A stretch of 64,000 nucleotides of DNA from Octopus vulgaris (GCA_951406725.2 OX597827.1:59396001-59460000); one strand, 5' to 3'; shown: positions 12,860 to 26,740, numbered from the stretch's first letter. Translations and numbers: made by a program. The notes: generated by a model from the sequence alone, not told the origin.

Positions 12860-13440
12860 TGCATGGATGGGTGTATGGGGGGAAAGTATAAGGGGATGGG
12901 GTGGACAGATCGAAGGAAAATAATGGGTGGGTGAACGACTGGATTAAAGGAAAAGGCAGGATGGATGGATTAAAGGGAAAGGATGGATTGATGGATTAAA
13001 GAAAAGGGACGGATGGATGGATTAAAGTTAAAGAATGAAAGAATGAATGAATGGATTAAAGGAACAGGATGGGTGGATAGATTAAAAGAAATGGATGGAT
13101 GGGTGGATTAAAGGAAAAAATAGATGGGTAGATTAAGGGAGAAGGCGGGCTGGATTAAAGGAAAAGGACGGATGAATGGATTAAAGGAAAAGAGCGGATG
13201 GGCGGATTAAAAAAAGGACAGATGGATGGAAAAGGATGAATAAATGGATGAATTAAAGGAAAGGATGATAGATAGATGGATCAAAGGAAAAAGATGGGTG
13301 GATGGAAGGACGAAAAGAAAAGGATGGATGGATCACAGGAAACAGATGGGTGGATGGATTAAAGGAAAAGAAAGAGTGAATGGACAGATGAGAAGGAAAA
13401 TTCAGGTGGCTGGGAGAATGGAAAGATGGATAGATAGCTG
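12860..13440. repeat. Purine-rich ~25-bp minisatellite (GGATGGATGGATTAAAGGAAAA)
   Basis: GGATTAAAG recurs throughout. Confidence 0.85.
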
Positions 13441-14964
13441 AAAGAGGCTACGTAGGATGACCACATCTTTTCATACATTGCATTTTTTGGATGTGAATCC
13501 AGTAATAAGTTTTTAGATCACATGCAAATTATTACCATTGTTGTTGATTATTGTATTTCATTTGTGTTTTTCTCTTTGTAAGCAATTGTGTAGATATCGA
13601 TATTGTTATTGGTCGGTTCCAATAGAGATTGGCATGATCCAAAGACTGAGGCAAAGGCCGATGTCAGCGGAATTTGAATTCATAACTTAAAAACGGATGA
13701 AATGCCGCTAAGCATTTTTCCAAGGCGTCCTAACGATTATGCCAGATCACCGTCCTAAAAATAGACACAAGACCTGAATTTTGGCGGGAGAGGGATCGTT
13801 GATCACATCGATCCCTGTGCTCAACTGATACTTATTTCATCGATCCCCTAAAGGATGTTAGGCAGTAGTGATTTGAGCATAGAGCGTAATGACACGAAAC
13901 AAATATTACAAAGTATTTATCTATACGCTCTAACGACTCTTAGTTTTGGCGCCAGTATTTTGTTCCGGTTGCCTGCTGTTTAGTCTCAAGTTAGGCATTA
14001 TCAGACAGAACTATGATCAAAGGTTGTCGTCACATCCTTTTGCGGTTATCTAGGATTGTATTGTCCGACGCGTCACTTTCCTTTTTTTCTTTTCCTATAA
14101 TGGTTCCAGGGAGATTTGGCTGCTATTTCTAACATACCAAGAGATCACCTAAAGGTTCCTCCGTTGGTCAACACTGATGGAGCAGTTCTATGAACAAAGG
14201 TATTTCCAGTTTTCCCGTCTCTTTTATATGTGCAGGGTGAAGGCGCGTGGTTTAGTTGTTAGGGTATTGGCTTACGATCGTGAGGTCGTAAGTTCCATTC
14301 CCATCGGCGAGTTGTGACTTTGAGCAAGACACTTTGTTTCGCGTTCTTCTAGTTCATTCGGTCTGGCAAAAATGAGTTGTACCTGATGTGGTTTGTGAGT
14401 GTGACTTCTTGGATAGTTTGTGGGTGTGAAAAGCCAAAACCACATCATCAGACGTCTTTATACTAAGATTGCAAGGTGTGACATAAGGAATATTTGACTG
14501 CTATGTCTAGCATGATGAGCAGATAGTCTATGTGAAGGTTCCCTTGCTGGATGCTGGTGTCGTTATTGCTTTTCTTTCTATTGCCGTTATGATGACAACA
14601 ACGAAGCTGTTGTTATTCATACAAAGTAGTTGATGATACTGATTTGATTATCGTCCTTCTAATGAGAATGGCGAGGTCTGCAGGGTGGTGTTTGGTCCTT
14701 CATGTCAGAGCTGAGTCAGAGACAAAACGGTTTCAATATACGCTTGCAACGCTTTGGATTCACATATATCACCAATGCATATAGGAACGCATTTTGCGTG
14801 TGTGTACATACACACACACGCGCGCGCACACACACACGCACACACACACACACACACACACATACACACACACACAGTTCAGGGAAAGAAGGCACGTAAT
14901 TAAGTAACCGCAAAGCATTTTTGTCATGCGCTCAATCAATGTGAATGATGCAATAAGAATAGTG

Positions 14965-15019
<55 letters not shown>

Positions 15020-15063
15020 TAAAAAAAATAATAATGATGATGATGATGATGATGATGATGAGG

Positions 15064-15149
<86 letters not shown>

Positions 15150-15785
15150 CCCTTTCTATTAGAGACAGAAGGCCTGAAAAAATTATGGAAGGGCGCCAGT
15201 CGATTACATCGACCCCAATGTGCAACAGGTACTTATTTCATCGAACCCGAATGAACCTCAATGGAATTTGAACTCAAATTTTGACACATGACGAGAGCAA
15301 TTTTAGGGAGCGGAGGATTAGTTGATTAAACTGCCCCTAGTACTTGATTGGTATTTTATTTCATCGACGCTAAAATGATTTTCAATGCAGTGAGGATCCT
15401 ACCAAACCACTGCCCTAAGGAATTTAACAGCACCAGGAATTTGAGTGATGGGTGTGCATAGTCGATATTATTCACTCCATTGCTGGACTGGTACCTTATT
15501 TAAATGGTTCTGAAAAAAATGAAAGACAATATTGACCTCACCGGGATTTGAACTCAAGATGACGGTGATGAAGGCAGTAAGCTGGCCGAATCGTTAGCGC
15601 GCCAGACAAAATGCTTAGCGACAATGCACCCGTCTTCAGGTTGGGAGTTCAAATGCCATCGAGGTCGTCTTTGCTTTTATCATTTCGAGATCGATGAAAT
15701 AAGTACTACTTCAGCAACGGAATCTATGTAAGCGACTAGCCCCCTCCCACCAAAATTTCAGGCGTTTTGTCTGTAGTAGAAAAGA

Positions 15786-15850
<65 letters not shown>
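15150..15850. mobile_element. SINE family A cluster: three decayed minus-strand copies and one plus-strand copy with (TTA)n tail
   Basis: Family A motifs; the plus copy ~15570-15790 runs into (TTA)n. Confidence 0.7.
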
Positions 15851-15853
<3 letters not shown>

Positions 15854-16040
15854 TTTTAATGACAATAATGTGTATGCTTTTTCACGATGATTTTTCACAA
15901 ATACATTGACATTTATATACACACACAGAGGTTTTTATAATGCCTTCCATTGTAAAACCACATGCACGCGCGCGCACACACATACATACTTTAAGGCCTG
16001 ATGCAATCATGCAGACAAACACGGACACGCACGTACACAG

Positions 16041-16102
<62 letters not shown>

Positions 16103-16619
16103 CAAGAAGAAAGATGACAGTGACTTTGAAGTTTGATGACTGCAAGCAAGTTGAACCTTCAAAGTTCCTGTCAGCCTATTCCTTGTAAAAAAAAACCAAT
16201 CAATCTTGCAACATTATGCAATAAGGATATCCTAGATGTTATGAAGGAAACCCTACATAGCAGATGCAGACTAGTCAATAGCGCATGAATTATTGCGTAA
16301 TGTTGTAAGATTGATTATATTGAACTATGACAGAACGATTTGTCCACTCCATTCTCTATATTTATCATTATATATATATACATATATATATATATGTAGG
16401 GTGAATGTATATATATGTGTGTTTGTGTGTGTGTGTGTGTAGTTGTATGCACGTATATATCTGTTAGGTAGATACCAGTTCATGAGAGAAGCAAAGCCAC
16501 AAGCTGTAGTTAACAGCGATTGTAGTTGCTGGCCTTAATGCGATACCGCACAGCAAATACACTTCATATCATTTGCTTGATAAAACTCCTGGGGCTTGAA
16601 ATATCAGTTATGCGATGTT

Positions 16620-16674
<55 letters not shown>

Positions 16675-16855
16675 TCTTATTATTGTAGTTTAACCTCAGG
16701 TTATCTCTGGTCGAACAGTCATATGCTCAAAGGCATTCCAGCCGTGATTATCATGACTGGGACTGGATTCTATGTGCAGGTTTCTCGAAACTTTATAAGA
16801 TGGTATGTGTGTATATACATTTATATATACACATATATACTTATGCAAACACACA

Positions 16856-16919
<64 letters not shown>

Positions 16920-17359
16920 GGCACATACATGGTGTGCGGCTATTAAGGTGGCTTTCGCAATTTACAACCGAAAGGCAACAAGTATAGTCGTCACGAAAGT
17001 GACGGAAGCTGCTAGTGAGCACCGGCATTGCTAGAAACAAGAGTCAAAACAACCCTTGGCCACGTGAGAGCACTTTTCTAACGACCAACAAGGGAGGCAA
17101 GCTCTCTCCCTACGACAAGCGAGATGGAGTCATATGAGCGCTGATTTCAGATTTGATTAATCTTCACCAGTGACCCATTACACCGTCGCCGAGGGTTAAA
17201 GAACTTAATTCCTTCTGTCAGCATAGGCTGATTTTCGAAACTGATGAAGTGAGAATTATAAATGATCAAGATAGCTGTTTGCAATGTACAACCGAAAGGC
17301 AACAAGTGTAGTCGTCACTAAAGTGACGGAGGGTTCTAGAGAGCACCGGCATTGCAGAG

Positions 17360-17423
<64 letters not shown>

Positions 17424-17472
17424 TTTCTCTTTGGCGCGTTATATGCATAAATGTGTGGTGTGCATGTGTGTA

Positions 17473-17552
<80 letters not shown>

Positions 17553-18021
17553 TGCGTGTTTACGCATATACGTGTCTCTTGCGTGAATCTGTGCATGAAC
17601 TCACGTACATAGACATGCACTTATACAGATACATATAAATGCATACGAAAATACATACTTACATAGCAAAGTACTTACATATATGCACATACATAAATAT
17701 ACTTATATACACACACAAAGATTGAAAAAAATAAAGGAAAACGAAATCATAATCATACATACTTTATAATAAACTTACATCCATAAATACATATTGCAGA
17801 TATACTTATATATATATATAGATACATACAGAGAGAAAAAAGGCATTACATTACGCATCGTAAAATGGTGGTCTATTACGTAACGCAAGTCGTGTTTGAT
17901 TGTGCCTGACAGCTTTTTGGCGTTGATCTGTTTTCGAGCTATTTACAAAATGGCGGGCGAAGAAGCGCAATATTCAGAAAAATGAAAAACTGGTAAGACT
18001 GTAGTGGTGAAGACATGCTGA

Positions 18022-18091
<70 letters not shown>

Positions 18092-18283
18092 TATACATAC
18101 ATATATATATGTACATGGACACATACACATATAGTTATATGCATTTGTGTTTATAGATAATGCATTTGCACGTAGGTGTATAAATGCATATATACATAGA
18201 CATATATAAATATATATATATATATGTATGTATATACACACACACGCATACATTTATATATCAGTATATGGACGCATACTTAC

Positions 18284-18355
18284 AATGAGTTTAGTGAAGT
18301 TAAGCCAGCAAAGGCGTCTGAGGCTACAAATGATATTTGATTGTTGCCCAAGTCT
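18284..18355 (-). CDS. slit: Slit, 72-nt LRR exon (D2)
   Basis: ctttcag|AGACTTG...TCATT|gtaagt; DLGNNQISFVASDAFAGLTSLNSL. Confidence 0.96.
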
Positions 18356-18604
18356 CTGAAAGGGAAAGGGAAAGAATTAAGAGTTAGTACAAGTGAAATA
18401 ACAATAATATTTTCATTGTTTTTGCATACAGGCATACACATATATATCTATATACGTACATTATACATATAATATACACGCATATATATTATTATATATA
18501 CTGTGTATATCTTATATATTTATAAGATACTTTGAGATACATGAAATAAATCGTTTTTACAGATGGAATTTGAAGCAAATAAAGCTATACATTCTATTTT
18601 ATTT

Positions 18605-18913
18605 ATTTATGCGCCCTTTATAAGCCTAGCCAGGCTCATGGGCCCAGTTTCCCGGTTACTGTGGCGTATGTGTTCCCCCCAGCTGGACGGGACGCCAGTC
18701 CATCGCAGCACTACTCAAGAAGCAGGAAGAAAGAGTGAGAGCAAGTTGGAGCGAAAGAGTAAAACAGGGGTCGTCACCACCCCCTGCCGGATCCTCGTGG
18801 AGCTTTAGGTGTTTTCGCTCAATAAACACATACAACGCCCGGTCTGGGAATCGAAACCGCGATCCTCCGACCGCGAGTCCGCTGCCCTAACCACTCTGCC
18901 ATTGCGCCTCCAC
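18605..18913 (-). mobile_element. tRNA-derived SINE family C; other copies ~24198-24390 (+), ~45065-45310 (+), ~54875-55185 (-)
   Basis: GGAGGCGCAATGGC..AGTGGTTAGGGCAGCGGACTCGCGG..GGTTTCGATTCCC head; V-domain-like GATGGACTGGCGTCCCGTCCAG. Confidence 0.8.
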
Positions 18914-19273
18914 ATACAGTCTATATACTAACATGTAAATATGGGGTTAAAACTCTTTGAATGGAAAATGTCAATAGCTGTGCCAAAACAATTCTTCGAA
19001 CTTCGACATCTGTTTTAAAAGCTTTGCTCTTACAAGCGAGAATTGTATGTTGTTTTCGTCATAGTTTAGAATCGTTGATCGGTTTGTGAGCTATTTACAA
19101 GATGGCGGGCGAACAAGCGCAATATTCAGAAAGGCTTACGTTTGTCAGAAAATCTAGCGCTTTTACAAATTGTAGAGTTGAATATATTAAGTAATACAAA
19201 CTAATAACTACAAATAGATTGCTTTAAGCTTAACCACCCCCATAAAAACAATCGTCAAAAATATATGAATAAG

Positions 19274-19307
<34 letters not shown>

Positions 19308-20212
19308 CCGAAATTGCTAAGATGATCTGGTTCTTGACTGATGACTGAGGGCTTCGAATGTCCCGTCCTGTGGTTCTTGTGTCGTCTCTGTGGTGTTTCA
19401 TGTTCTTGTCCATGTCTGTAATTATTTTTACTGTTTACCTATATATATATATATATTGATTTCCATTTTAGCATTGTGGCAAATCACAAGAGTAGAGATC
19501 TCGTGATATAAAAATGAGCCTTGTTTATTCACCTGTCCATTATGAGTAGCTTATACACAGTTAAATAGAGATGACTCATTTTTGTACATCGAGAATTGTG
19601 CACCTGTGATTACCTATAACGTTGTCTTTTTTTTTCTTTTTTAATTTACGACTATTAAGTCATAGCAATTAAAACCTGTACCATCTTTTGATAAAGATGG
19701 AAATACATTTTTTTGTTTTCTGCCTTTTACTTTTTATCTGTTGCAGTCATTGGTCTGCATCCATGCTGGGGCACCGCCTTGAACTTTTACTCGAATGAAT
19801 TGACCTCAGTACTTATTATTTTTTTGTAAGCCTGGTACTTAATCTATCTGTGTCTTTTTGCCTAACTGCTAAGTTAGGTGTCGTAGACAAACCAACATCG
19901 GTTTTCAAGCGGTGATCACACGCACGACGGGCTTCTTTCAGTTTCGGTCAAGCAAATCCACTCACAAGGCTTTGGTCGGTCCGAAGCTATAGTGGCGCCT
20001 ATACAGAAACACTTTTGAAATAAAATTATATACACACACGCATATACTTTTATACATGAACAAATAGACACATTGATGGATATATAGATGAACTGATATC
20101 TACATAGATAGATAGACGGATGAATAAAGAGAGAGTATAAAGCTAATTCTCAAGCATTCAGAAACCCCTTATAAGGAATTAAAGGGGTGATGACAAAATA
20201 ATTCATACTTAC

Positions 20213-20284
20213 ATACGACGTAAGTTCTTATAATCAGCGAAGGCCTTTGGTGGGATACGTGTAATATGATTCTCGTCAAGGCGA
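20213..20284 (-). CDS. slit: Slit, 72-nt LRR exon (D2)
   Basis: tttttag|TCGCCTT...CGTAT|gtaagt; RLDENHITRIPPKAFADYKNLRRI (SLIT2 [24 protein letters not shown]). Confidence 0.96.
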
Positions 20285-20527
20285 CTAAAAATGGAAGCCA
20301 AAATATTTAGGTTAATAAAATGTCTTCTAGAATAGAAACAAATTATTCTGTTGCTAATTAAACTGATTATGTAAATTTACAAATAAATAAAATTGATTAT
20401 TGTCAACCGGTAGCGTTTTTGATTTAAAAAAATGCAAATACTTTCCCTCAAAGTATTTTATTTTCGGAGGTGTACTTGCATAGCAATTAACTTGATCTAA
20501 GATTGTGTGCTGAAACAAAAACAATTA

Positions 20528-20795
20528 CAGCGTGGAAGGTGTTTATAAGCCATTTAAAAACACATAAAACTGTTAGATTCGCTACAACATTTAAATTTAA
20601 TTTGTCAAAATATTTTCTTCGCTTTGAAACCGCGACCTGTTCGCTGACAAAATTCTGTGTTGCACACTGAATTTTGTCAGTGAACAGGTCGCGGTTTGAA
20701 AGTGAAGAAAATATTTTGACAAATTAAATTTAAATGTTGTAGCGAATCTAACAGTTTTTGTGTTTTGAAATGGCTTATAAATACCTTCCACGCTG
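20528..20795. repeat. Foldback element, ~130-bp arms; half copy at ~601-737
   Basis: CAGCGTGGAAGG...AAATTC / GAATTT...CCTTCCACGCTG, centre ~20662. Confidence 0.9.
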
Positions 20796-20871
20796 CAAAT
20801 GGATTTTATTTTCTGTACGTTTGAAAACGCCACTATATAAGATAAATTTTAATGGATTTTATTTTCTGTAC

Positions 20872-21259
20872 GTTTGAAAACGCCACTATATAAGATAAAT
20901 TTTTATTTTTTTAGAGATTTTACATGTTTCGGTTCTTCTTGAAAAAACGAACCTTATCAAAAATATTTTCAAAAGTTAAGTGTAATAAAAAAGTTCATAA
21001 TTGTTTCTTACTAGTGTCAACATTTTCACGATTACAGCCAACGAATCTAGTCAACGCACAAGACAGCCATTATGCCCCCCGCCCACAAAACACCATCGCA
21101 TGGACTCTGTTGAGACTAGTAAGAAACAATCATGAGCTTTTTTTATTATACTAAACTTTTGAAAATATTTTTGATATGGTTCGTTTTTTCAAGAAGAACC
21201 GAAGCATGTAAAATCTCTAAGAAAATTAAAATTTATCTTATATAATAGCGTTTTCAAAC
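20872..21259. repeat. Foldback/MITE-like element, ~150-bp arms, 85-bp spacer
   Basis: 20872-21022 is the reverse complement of 21108-21259. Confidence 0.9.
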
Positions 21260-21311
21260 TTCTTTTTTTATAAATATATACCCACTCGTATGCCACCTAC
21301 ACTTTTTATAA

Positions 21312-21357
<46 letters not shown>

Positions 21358-21805
21358 ATATGCATACATACACACACACACATGTATATATGGAAATATC
21401 TATATACACGCATATATTGATATTGATATTAAAGAAATGACTAAGGAACAGAAATTCAGTAATCAACTTCATTAGCTTACAACCGTTTCTGCAATAAGAT
21501 GCAGGGTACTCAAAACTTAGTGCTTATAGCTTCCACGGAGCTTTTTAAATGAAGTACACGCCTAAGGGAAATCTGAAAAAAATATCTATTAATATTCAGC
21601 TCCTTTTATACTGATTATCCAACGACATCTACTGTCTTTCGTTGTTGTTAATAGGTGAAAGAACAAGGAGAATGCCTACTTCAATGACTCCGTCTATGAA
21701 CCAGAAGAAGAAGACCGTGACTCAACTGATGGTTCAACGACTGTCGATGAATCAAAGGATCATTAAGCTATTCACACATGTAATGCTGTTACTGTTATCA
21801 CTTAC

Positions 21806-21947
21806 AGGTCAGTTGTACTTTCAGGAATGAAATCAGGGATGACTTTTAGTTCCTGGCCCCGGCAATCTATGACTCCTTCGATGCAGCTGCAACGTCGAGG
21901 GCACAGCATTTCGGAAAGGCATTCTTTAGAATGGAGTCGCTCGTAAC
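21806..21947 (-). CDS. slit: Slit, 142-nt exon, D1-D2 linker and LRRNT of D2
   Basis: aacag|GTTACGA...GACCT|gtaagt; GYERLHSKECLSEMLCPRRCSCIEGVIDCRGQELKVIPDFIPESTTDL; phase 1-2 fits both neighbours. Confidence 0.96.
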
Positions 21948-21961
21948 CTGTTCAATTGAAA

Positions 21962-22007
<46 letters not shown>

Positions 22008-22008
<1 letters not shown>

Positions 22009-22840
22009 CCTTTCTACTATAGTCACAAGGCCTGAACTTTGTGGGGAAGGTGTAAGTCGATTACATCGACCCCAATACTTGATTGGTACTTTATTTATCG
22101 ATCCCGAAAAGATGAAGGGCAAAGTCGACCCCGGCGGAATTTGAACTTAGAACGGAAAAACGGGCGAAATACCGCTAAGCATTTCGTCTGGAGTGCTAAT
22201 AGTTCTGCCATCTCGCCGTTTTAATGATAACCCTTTCTACTATAGTCACAAGGCCTGAAATTTGGGGAGAGGGGACTAGTCGAATACGCTGAGCCCAGTA
22301 TGCAAATGGTACTTAATTTATCGACTTGGAAAGGACGAAAGGCAAAGTCGACATCGGTGGAATTTGAACTCAGAATGTAACGGCAGACGAAATACCTATT
22401 TCTTTATTACCCACAGGGGGCTAAACATAGAGGGGACAAACAAGGACAGACATAGGTATTAAGCCGATTACATCGACCCCAGTGCGTAACTGGTACTTAA
22501 TTTATCGATCCCGAAAGGATGAAAGGCAGAGTCGACCTCGGCGGAATTTGAACTCAGAACGTAACGACAGACGAAATACCGCTAAGCATTTCGTCCGGCG
22601 TGCTAACGATTCTGCCAGCTCGCTGCCCTATCTTAATAATAATGAGAGTAATTCTTTATATCAAAGACACAGGGCTTGAAATTCAAAATTTGGAGGATTT
22701 GGCACTATTCGATTATATCGATCTCAGTGCTCAACGGGTACTTATTTTCATCGAACCTGAAAGGATGAAAGTCGACCTTGAAGGAATTTGAACTCAGAAC
22801 GTACAGACAGACGAAATATCGCTAAGCATTTCATCCACCG
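22008..22840 (-). mobile_element. SINE family A, head-to-tail array of about four copies just upstream of a Slit exon
   Basis: Repeated GAATTTGAACTYAGAA B-box complement at ~22137, 22360, 22545 and 22785. Confidence 0.85.
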
Positions 22841-22854
22841 CTAATAATAATAAA

Positions 22855-23030
22855 GATGATGATGATGATGATGATGATAATGACGATGATGATGATGATG
22901 ATAACAATGATGATGATGATGACGATGATGCTAAGGATATTAATAATAATACTGATGATGACAATGATGAAGACAATGATGATGACGGCAATGATAGATG
23001 ATGTTGATGACGATAATGATGATGATGAAT

Positions 23031-23087
<57 letters not shown>

Positions 23088-23518
23088 GCGACGATGACGA
23101 CTACGGTGATGGTCGTGATAATGATAAGTGACAGGGTTAATAAGAAAGGGACTTTTATAATGGCCGTCAAGATAATTCGTAACAGGGGACCGATTCTACA
23201 ATCACCGTCATTATCATCATCATTATCATCACTATCATCATCACCATCACCATCATCATCATCATCATCGTCGTCGTTGTCGTCGTGGTCGCCGTCGGCG
23301 TCATCATCGTCATCGTCATCGTCATCGCCGTCAGCACTGAACTCATCTCCCCCCCACCACCACACTTAAACAGCCGTCATACTTGTCATTGTCTAATATT
23401 TAATAAATCATAATCATCGCAATCATTCGCAATCTTTATAATGACAATGACGAATGCATTCTTCTCGTAATTGCTGATTATGATGACAATGATGATGACG
23501 ACGACGACGAAGACGATA

Positions 23519-23551
<33 letters not shown>

Positions 23552-23782
23552 ATGATGATGATTATGATGACAATGATGACGACGACGACGACGATGATGA
23601 TGATGATGATTATGATGACAATGATGACGACGACGACGACGATGATGTTGATGATGATAGTGATGATGATAATGATGATGATGATGACGACGACGACGAC
23701 GACGACGATGATGATGATGATGATGATGGTGATGATGACGACGACGATGATGATGATGATGACGACGACGACGATGATGATA

Positions 23783-23818
<36 letters not shown>

Positions 23819-23851
23819 TTACTGCTGTTAGTGTAACTAATACCGCTGCTG

Positions 23852-23898
<47 letters not shown>

Positions 23899-23900
23899 GA
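22855..23900. repeat. Compound (GAT/GAC)n, (CAT)n, (CTA)n trinucleotide field
   Basis: Direct inspection. Confidence 0.95.
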
Positions 23901-25026
23901 TGCTGCTGCTGCAATGTCTACTGGACCGGCACCCTTGGTTTAGGGCTGGTAGATTCGTTAAGACGTGAAGGCGGCGAGCTGGCAGAAACGTTAGCATGCC
24001 GGGCGATGTTGGGGGGACAAACACAGACAGCAATTCTGGGGGAGGGGATGTGTCGATTACATCGACCTCAGTGTTCAACTGGTACTTATTTTATCGACCA
24101 ATAAAGGATGAAAAGCAAAGTCGACCTTGGCAGAATTTGAACTCAGAACGTTAAGACGGATGAAATGACGCTAAGCATTTTACCCTGCGAGCCAGAGTGG
24201 AGGCGCAATGGCCCAGTGGTTAGGGCAGCGGACTCGCGGTCGTAAGAACGCGGTTTCGATTCCCAGACCGGGCATTGTGGGTGTTTATTGAGCAAAAACA
24301 CCTAAGCTCCACAAGGCTCCGGCGTGGGATGGGTGCGTGAACCCCGCTGTAATTTTTCACCACAACTATCTTTCACTCTTTCTTCCTACTTCTGCCACAA
24401 AGCAGAGGAACCATGGTGTAACCCACTTTGGTGTGGTAAACTTTCAGACCCCAGTCTAGATTGCCAATCCTCTGTAACCCATGATGGTTCAGCTCTTCAC
24501 CCGTTAAAAGCCACCGTTTACGGAATGAAGATAACGTAGCTTTCGCGCTCGTGCAACAGCCAGTCTATAGCGTGTGGTGGGTGGATCTTTAAGTTGCCAC
24601 ATGCATTCTTAGTAGCTTAGAGTAGGCTCGAATTAGAGATTTTTCTTTGTGGCTAATGGCGTGAGCCCTGATTGGAAGAAGAAGAAAAAGAAAAGAAGAG
24701 AAGGAGAAGGAGGAGAATAAGAATAAGAACAACAACAACAGCGACAACGACGTCTATGACGACGATGATGTCGTCGCTGACAAAACAAGGTCACCATTTT
24801 TGGTGTCAATGGCCTGTAGAGGTGGGAAGAATATACCAAAGATATCGACGGAGCATTATTTTATATTTTCGTTTCCGAGAGAGAAATTGTTGGAATGGAC
24901 TTCGGCGGGATTTAAACTGAACCGAAGGGAAAAGGGAAACTTAAACCAAATTGGTGACATTTTACTGGACACTTCATTGTTTCTGGCAAATTCCACAAGC
25001 ATTTTCATGATGACAATGTCTTCGTC

Positions 25027-25084
<58 letters not shown>

Positions 25085-25097
25085 TAATAACAACAAC

Positions 25098-25162
<65 letters not shown>

Positions 25163-25339
25163 TAATAATAATAATAATGATAATAATAGTAATAATCATG
25201 GCATCTTTATTGGCTAAAAGTGGGTCCAGAGTTGGGGGTAGTAGACAGTAGGTAGAAAGGTGCCGGCTGATAATGGGAGAAATAGGGACCACACAGAGAA
25301 GAACAAGAACATCGACAACAACAAAAACAAAAACAATAA

Positions 25340-25370
<31 letters not shown>

Positions 25371-25505
25371 TAGCAATAACGGTGAGAAAATCACCAGAAA
25401 TAATGGCGATAACAAGAACAAGTACATAAAACAGCGCGGGTAGTTGGAGGTGTTTGTGTCGGCGCCAATCGAAAAGAGGTAAATACATGGGAACGGAATG
25501 AATGT

Positions 25506-25542
<37 letters not shown>

Positions 25543-25623
25543 TGTGTGTGTGTGTGTGCTAATATATACGTATATATATATATATATATATAGATATACA
25601 CACACACAAACATGCATATATTC

Positions 25624-25670
<47 letters not shown>

Positions 25671-25690
25671 CACACACACATATATAGAGT

Positions 25691-25728
<38 letters not shown>

Positions 25729-25927
25729 ATATAAATGTATACTTAGGTGTATATATCTATATATATATATATATGCGTATATATATATGCATATATATGC
25801 ATATATATGTATGTATATATATATATGTGTGTGTGTATGTATATATATGTAAATTAATATATATATGTGTGCATATATATGTAAATATATGTACATATGT
25901 ATGCATATTAAAAATATATATGTATGT

Positions 25928-25959
<32 letters not shown>

Positions 25960-26094
25960 GTAATACATAATATCTAATATATAATATATACGTATATATA
26001 TGTGTATATATATATATATATATACATATATCACGAAATCGCGTAAAGAAACTTGCAAACTAGATACAAAAACGATGTGTGTGTGTATGTACAT

Positions 26095-26141
<47 letters not shown>

Positions 26142-26313
26142 CTCATACATGCAAGTATGTGGGGTGTCTGTCTTTATCCGCGTGAGTGTGTGAGTGCGTG
26201 CGTAAAAGCGGCGTCACAGGTCCTGTCTCTTCCATATAATAATTCCATCATAACCAAATGTTGAAGTCTTAATGACTTACGAATGGGTCTGAATGTCTGC
26301 AGTGTGTGTGAGT

Positions 26314-26357
<44 letters not shown>

Positions 26358-26662
26358 ATGTCTGTGTGTGTGTGTGTGTGTATGGGTGGGCGGTTAAATG
26401 AATGCGGGTGAGATGGCTGGAATGGGTGTGCGATGTAATGGTGGTAATGATCGGAAGGTTATTGTGATAGGAGTAGTGTCAGTGTTCGTAGTGGTAGGGA
26501 TGGTGGTGAAGAGAGTGAATATACGTTTGTGTGTGTATGCGTTTGTCTATCTATATATGTATATGTATACGCACACACATATGTATATATATATATGTAT
26601 GTATGTATATATATACAAATATATATTACATATGTAAATTTAGCTTTATATTCCGTTCTGTC

Positions 26663-26694
<32 letters not shown>

Positions 26695-26740
26695 TTATAT
26701 GTGTTTATATGTATTTATATGTATTTATATATAAATATGC

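Noticed and set aside
16981-17012. Hairpin-ribozyme loop A (AGUC opposite GGAA) within the 75-nt motif
   Set aside because: Helix 2 cannot form, the second copy has GGAG, and there is no loop B.
24198-24275. tRNA genes (also ~58755, ~45065, ~43923)
   Set aside because: tRNA-like A/B-box heads continue into SINE bodies and lack a proper acceptor stem.
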